64,000 bases of DNA. Origin: Candidatus Marinacidobacterales bacterium. GTDB taxonomy: Bacteria; Acidobacteriota; Vicinamibacteria; Marinacidobacterales; SMYC01. Location of the stretch: the NCBI GenBank assembly GCA_965224085.1, contig CBDCYI010000004.1:1184001-1248000 (forward strand), given 5' to 3'. The notes under the pieces were generated by a model that saw only the letters and a list, made by a program, of their open reading frames with translations, did not search any database and was not told the origin of the DNA. Below, piece by piece: positions 59,649-64,000 of this stretch (positions within the stretch are counted from its first letter, which is position 1; each line of letters starts with the position of its first letter). Position numbers and translations under genes: made by a program.

Positions 59649-60737
59649 ATGCGGGATTTTTGCGGGCGGGCAGGCGCTTTTGCGCTTCTCGTCTGCCTGT
59701 TCTCCGCGTGCTCGCGAGACGCCGAGCCTATCCCGAGCTTTCGCGAGTTCGTCGAAGAGCTCTCCGAAGAGGGCGCTTATTTCGATACCGATAATCTCAT
59801 TTCCAACGAAACGGCGTACTCCCAGGTGGTCGAAGACCTCGAACCGATGGGGGGTGTCTATATCGGTGTCGGACCCGAGCAGAACTTTCACTACATCGGG
59901 AAGCTTCGTCCGAGCTGGGCGTTCATCGTGGACATTCGCCGCGACAACATGCTGCACCATTTGTTGTTAAACGCGCTCCTCGTGAACGCCGAGACACCCT
60001 ACGCCTATCTCTGCTGGCTCTTCTCTCTCTCGTGCGAGCCGCTCGCGAGCGAAGACGACTTTGAATCCGTTCTCGCTGCCGTGGGAGGAGCGGCGCCGGA
60101 CGAGAGGCTCTTCGCGACAAACTTGAAAGCCATCTACGGGCATATCGAGAATCGCCTGGAATACGACCTCGACGACGAGGACGCGCTCAGGATCGAGCTT
60201 GTCTATCGCGCTTACTTCGACGGACAGCTCGGGCTGCGTTTTCGAAGCCACGGCAGAAGGCCGATGGCGCACCATCCGACCTATCGAAGGCTTCTCGTAG
60301 AGCGCGGGTCGAGCGGTGAGACGGGCCACTTCCTGTCGCGTCCGGACGACTATGCCCATGTGCGCGGCCTGGCGGAGGCGGGTCGCCTCATACCAGTGGT
60401 CGGCGACTTCGCAGGTGATCATGCCCTTCGAAAGATCGGCGAGCTCGTCGAGGAGCAAGGCGAGACCGTTTCGGCCTTCTACGTGTCCAACGTCGAGTTT
60501 TACTTGATCCGAAACGAGATTTTCTCTAAGTATGTCGACAACGTGCGCACGCTGCCACTTGGCGAGAACAGCCAGTTCATCCGGGCCTATTTCAGTTATG
60601 GACAGCCCCACCCGGCGGGCCTTCCCGGTCACCGCAGCACCCTTGTCATACAAAAAATAAAGAGATTTCTAAAACTTTTCGACGAAGGTGCGTTCTACAA
60701 TTACTGGGCCGTGAGTGTCCTAGACTACGAACCATGA
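59649..60737 (+). CDS. Conserved hypothetical lipoprotein
   Basis: LFSAC lipobox; FDTDNLISNE, YIGVGPEQNF, FYVSNVEFYL. Confidence 0.7.
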   Translation: MRDFCGRAGAFALLVCLFSACSRDAEPIPSFREFVEELSEEGAYFDTDNLISNETAYSQVVEDLEPMGGVYIGVGPEQNFHYIGKLRPSWAFIVDIRRDNMLHHLLLNALLVNAETPYAYLCWLFSLSCEPLASEDDFESVLAAVGGAAPDERLFATNLKAIYGHIENRLEYDLDDEDALRIELVYRAYFDGQLGLRFRSHGRRPMAHHPTYRRLLVERGSSGETGHFLSRPDDYAHVRGLAEAGRLIPVVGDFAGDHALRKIGELVEEQGETVSAFYVSNVEFYLIRNEIFSKYVDNVRTLPLGENSQFIRAYFSYGQPHPAGLPGHRSTLVIQKIKRFLKLFDEGAFYNYWAVSVLDYEP

Positions 60738-61015
60738 GCTCGCTTGAGTGGAAACGCATCCGCGTCGACTGGGAGGAGCTCGAAGAAGCCTTCGAAGACG
60801 GCGCGTCCGACCACCGCTATTATCTCGACCGGGAGACGGGCGCCGTCCACTTCTTCTCGAGCTATCTGGACAACGAGGAAGAAGAAGAGGACGAACGAGC
60901 AATCACGTCGAAAGAGCGTTACGTGCTCATCCCGCCCGAGCTGCGACTTTCCCACAAAAACCTCGAGGCGCGCATCGAATCCTGGCTTTCCGAGGTTAGC
61001 GTCGAGCCACTCTAG
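60734..61015 (+). CDS. Short UPF0158-like protein (possibly internally deleted)
   Basis: VDWEELEEAF...YYLDRETG.V...RY..IP...WL pattern; only 93 aa. Confidence 0.55.
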   Translation: MSSLEWKRIRVDWEELEEAFEDGASDHRYYLDRETGAVHFFSSYLDNEEEEEDERAITSKERYVLIPPELRLSHKNLEARIESWLSEVSVEPL

Positions 61016-61128
61016 CGAGGTTGGTTACGAGCGTCAACGCGAACGCGCAACGGAAAACAGGGAGACTTTTCTTCGTCCTTGGCCCCTACTCTACGGTTAC
61101 GCTTTCAAAACAGCCTTCGCGGAATCCT

Positions 61129-62253
61129 TTACTGATATTGCTCGAGTTGCGAGAGAGCCCACCGTATCTCCTCCCTTACGGCTTCGTCCGCCTCGACGGC
61201 TAGACGCGCCTCGAGCTTGGGCTGCGCGCGGAGGTCGGCTAGGTGGGCGAGGGCCCAGGCCGCGTGGCCTCGTACCAGGGGCTCTTCATGCGCGAGCGCA
61301 TCCATGAGCGGCGCGACGGCTTTCGGGTCGCCGCTGTTACCGAGGGCGACGGCTACGTTTCTGAGAAAGCCTGGATAGCGCGCGCGTCGGATGGCGCTTT
61401 TTCGGGTGGCGTCGAGAAACGCTTTGCGGCTCATGCTCATCATCTCGATCAGGTCCATGGAAGCCAATGGCTCCCGTGCGAAGAACGCGCTCTCCTCGCT
61501 CTTCTTCGCAAAGCGGTTCCATGGGCAGACGTCCTGACAATCGTCACAACCGTAGATGCGGTTTCCGATGAGCGGTCGTAGCTTGCGCGGAATGAAGCCG
61601 CGAAGCTCGATCGTGAGGTACGAAATGCACAGACGACTATCGACCACGTAGGGCTCGACGATGGCGTCCGTCGGACAGGCATCGATGCATCGCGTGCACG
61701 TACCGCAGCGATCGGGAGCTTCGGTGTCTACTGGGAGGTCGAGAGGTACGAAAATCTCTCCGAGGAAGAACCATGAGCTTCCATCCTGTGACAGCAGATT
61801 CGAGTGCTTGCCGAGCCAACCGAGCCCGGCGGCAGCGGCATAAGACTTCTCGAGAACGGGACCGGTATCGACGTAGAGCTTGGTCGGCACGTGGCAGGTC
61901 TCTTCGATGAAAGACGCCAGTTGTTCGAGCTTTTCCTGTAAAACGTCGTGATAATCCGTGCCGTGTGCATAGCTCGAGATGACGCCAGCTAGAGGTTCGT
62001 CCTTGAGCAGGCCCTGATAGTAGTTCAAAGCGCAGCAAACGAGTGTGCGTGCCTCGGGGAGAACCCGCGCGCCATCCGTCCGCCGCTCCGGCGCACGCTC
62101 CATCCATCGCATCTCACCGTGGTAGCCGCGCTGCAACCACTCGTTCAAGTGCGCCTCCTCGCGTTCGAGCCGGGCGTGGCTGAAGCCCACCTTGGAGAAT
62201 CCGACCGCATAGGCTTTTTTGAGAATTGCCTCCCTGAGCTCCTGTTTGGGCAT
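61129..62253 (-). CDS. queG: Epoxyqueuosine reductase
   Basis: YHGEM.WM, DYH, VDTGPVLEK, AGLGWLGK, CGTCTRCIDACPT, CISYLTIE, GCDDCQDVCPWN, HEAT-like tail. Confidence 0.95.
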   Translation of the reverse strand: MPKQELREAILKKAYAVGFSKVGFSHARLEREEAHLNEWLQRGYHGEMRWMERAPERRTDGARVLPEARTLVCCALNYYQGLLKDEPLAGVISSYAHGTDYHDVLQEKLEQLASFIEETCHVPTKLYVDTGPVLEKSYAAAAGLGWLGKHSNLLSQDGSSWFFLGEIFVPLDLPVDTEAPDRCGTCTRCIDACPTDAIVEPYVVDSRLCISYLTIELRGFIPRKLRPLIGNRIYGCDDCQDVCPWNRFAKKSEESAFFAREPLASMDLIEMMSMSRKAFLDATRKSAIRRARYPGFLRNVAVALGNSGDPKAVAPLMDALAHEEPLVRGHAAWALAHLADLRAQPKLEARLAVEADEAVREEIRWALSQLEQYQ

Positions 62254-62280
62254 AGGTCCAGGTTAAGATAAACGCCTTCT

Positions 62281-62520
62281 ATGTCCAAGCTCGATAATGT
62301 CATTGCTACTTTGAACAATCTGGACGTGGGCTCTATCGACAAGATCATCGAGCAGCTCGTCGCAGTGAAGGAGGAGCTCGCCCGACACGAGCTCACCGAG
62401 CTTTTGGAAACAGTCGATGCGTGCCGCGAAGCACTGTCTCGGGGCGAGCTCGAGGAGTTCCGGCGCTTGCGCGAGACGGCCGTTAGCCGGCTCGGCCACG
62501 CACGCGTCAAGATGGAGTGA
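62281..62520 (+). CDS. Small helical hypothetical protein
   Basis: 79-aa ORF, divergent from queG with a 27-bp gap. Confidence 0.55.
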   Translation: MSKLDNVIATLNNLDVGSIDKIIEQLVAVKEELARHELTELLETVDACREALSRGELEEFRRLRETAVSRLGHARVKME

Positions 62521-62614
62521 TCCGGCTGTCCAGCTTCGACGGTCGTTTTGACAGGCCCCAGCCCGGCTGCTATAGTGCCCCCAACCCCCGACCTTGTCCA
62601 AAGGGTCGAAGTTC

Positions 62615-63664
62615 ATGTCCTCTCAAGTTTCGAAACGGGCGGTGTTGTTGGCCTCCAGTGAAACCGCCGAGCACCTCTACCCTCGTGGTGAGTTCTGCCA
62701 ACCTCTCCTCGACCTTCTAAACAAAGGGCGGGACCAGGCGGCGCTTGACTATCTCGCTCGGGAAACTTCTCTAGAAGTGCTCAGCGAATGCCTCCGGAAG
62801 GTGCCCGATCAAAGGCTCACCGCCTATCTGCTCGAGCAGTTCTTGCTCGTGGGCTCCATGCTTTCATCCGCGGCATTCACCGCCATCGAGAACTTGCGAG
62901 ACGAGCTGAAAGCGCTCGGTCTGGGAGCGTCCGCCGAGGATCCGAAAGACGTCCTCGTCCTTTACGACCGGCGTGTCGAGAAACTGGGAAAGTATTTCTT
63001 CGCCCTCGGCCGCCGATTGCAGCAGCTCGAATACTTCATGGAGAGCTGTCCGCTCACCGGAAGCGCGGAGCAGCTGCAAGGTCTCTACGGCCAGCGTGTA
63101 CGCGACCTCGCGGGAGACGTACGGTTCATAAGGCAGGGGCTCTCGCGTTGGGTCCTCCGGTTCGTGCCGCTTAGACGCGACCCCAAATCGATTGAAGTTG
63201 CCGACCTCGAGCTCATCGAAGGCCGTATCGACGCGGTCGTCGACGAGCTCGGGCTTCGGCTGCGAGAAGTTCGCGAGACTCTAAATATGACGCTCTATGA
63301 GCAGCTCTTGGTCATCGACCCGTCGCTAACGCGAAAGCAGCTCTTTCGGGGCGACGCGGAGAACATCGTTGATGTGGGCCGCCTTTTGGATTGGCTCGGG
63401 AATGTCCTGGAGCGCGCTCGGGAATTCGATAATGGGCGGCGACCCGATCAGCTCGATCGCGTCAAGACGCTTCTGCGCGAGTTCGAGCCCGAACAATATG
63501 TCGCGTTTTCCGGACTCCGAGAATCCGATCAAGATCTCTTTTTGCGCTGCATCGAAGACATCGAGAGCGAGGAAAACGACCCCACTCAAGTGCTCATACT
63601 TCTCACAGGAGATTTCATCGCGACGCTGAGGCGACAATATCGTGACGCAGGAACGCCTTCATGA
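62615..63664 (+). CDS. Hypothetical all-helical protein
   Basis: 349-aa ORF, protein-like composition, ends 6 nt before kbl; no motif recognised. Confidence 0.7.
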   Translation: MSSQVSKRAVLLASSETAEHLYPRGEFCQPLLDLLNKGRDQAALDYLARETSLEVLSECLRKVPDQRLTAYLLEQFLLVGSMLSSAAFTAIENLRDELKALGLGASAEDPKDVLVLYDRRVEKLGKYFFALGRRLQQLEYFMESCPLTGSAEQLQGLYGQRVRDLAGDVRFIRQGLSRWVLRFVPLRRDPKSIEVADLELIEGRIDAVVDELGLRLREVRETLNMTLYEQLLVIDPSLTRKQLFRGDAENIVDVGRLLDWLGNVLERAREFDNGRRPDQLDRVKTLLREFEPEQYVAFSGLRESDQDLFLRCIEDIESEENDPTQVLILLTGDFIATLRRQYRDAGTPS

Positions 63665-63670
63665 CGCGCT

Positions 63671-64000
63671 ATGTTTGACGAATCACGAGAATCTTTTCAG
63701 CAAACGCTGAGCGAAATCGAAGAAGCCGGTCTGTACAAGCACGAGCGCGTCCTCACGTCTCGGCAGGGCGCTGCGATCGAAGTGCAAGCGGGCGAAGTCC
63801 TCAATTTTTGCGCGAACAACTATCTGGGGCTTTCGAACGACCCGCAGATCCTCAAGGTGGCGCATAAAGGTCTCGACGAGCGGGGCTTCGGACTGTCTTC
63901 GGTACGATTCATCTGCGGTACGCAGGATATCCACAAAGAGCTCGAGAAGAATGTCGCGCGCTTCCTCGGGACTGAAGACACGATTCTCTACAGCTCGTGC
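63671..64000 (+). CDS. kbl: Glycine C-acetyltransferase (2-amino-3-ketobutyrate CoA ligase), partial
   Basis: Manual translation: GLYKHER...[12 protein letters not shown]...[19 protein letters not shown]...EDTILYSSC; runs off window end. Confidence 0.92.
   Translation, partial: MFDESRESFQQTLSEIEEAGLYKHERVLTSRQGAAIEVQAGEVLNFCANNYLGLSNDPQILKVAHKGLDERGFGLSSVRFICGTQDIHKELEKNVARFLGTEDTILYSSC

Overview
GC-rich bacterial window. Gene styles (wHTH/PD40 propeller, VWA remnant, BNR/VPS10 tandem, DUF5916) suggest Acidobacteriota, but this is inference. Layout: (1-3.3 kb) ureide/oxalurate catabolism genes (DUF1116/AllG-like, PucG-like aminotransferase, HpxW-like remnant); (3.4-18.3 kb) peptidases, two atypical amidohydrolases, an LLM oxidoreductase, an ABC importer and a DUF5916 protein; (18.3-36 kb) a heavily fragmented accessory zone with a terminase relic, a RelBE-type TA pair whose toxin appears to start at ACG, an 80-bp IS110 mini-element, two inverted IS110 copies (one interrupted by ISAzo13), a TRAP operon cut at a group II intron remnant, and an intact PPOX-PPOX-GAF histidine kinase operon; (36.5-45.4 kb) tandem BNR/VPS10 proteins and an M24 peptidase; (45.6-48.9 kb) IS5 plus an IS1111-type IS110 whose 3' non-coding region contains four short segments matching its own reconstructed target and donor sites; (49-58 kb) an ECF sigma/anti-sigma/LTXXQ protein/RND-MFP-RND operon; (58-64 kb) fprA-like reductase, queG, kbl and hypotheticals. 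No rRNA, tRNA or CRISPR array was seen. All calls come from motif recognition by eye; no searches were run.
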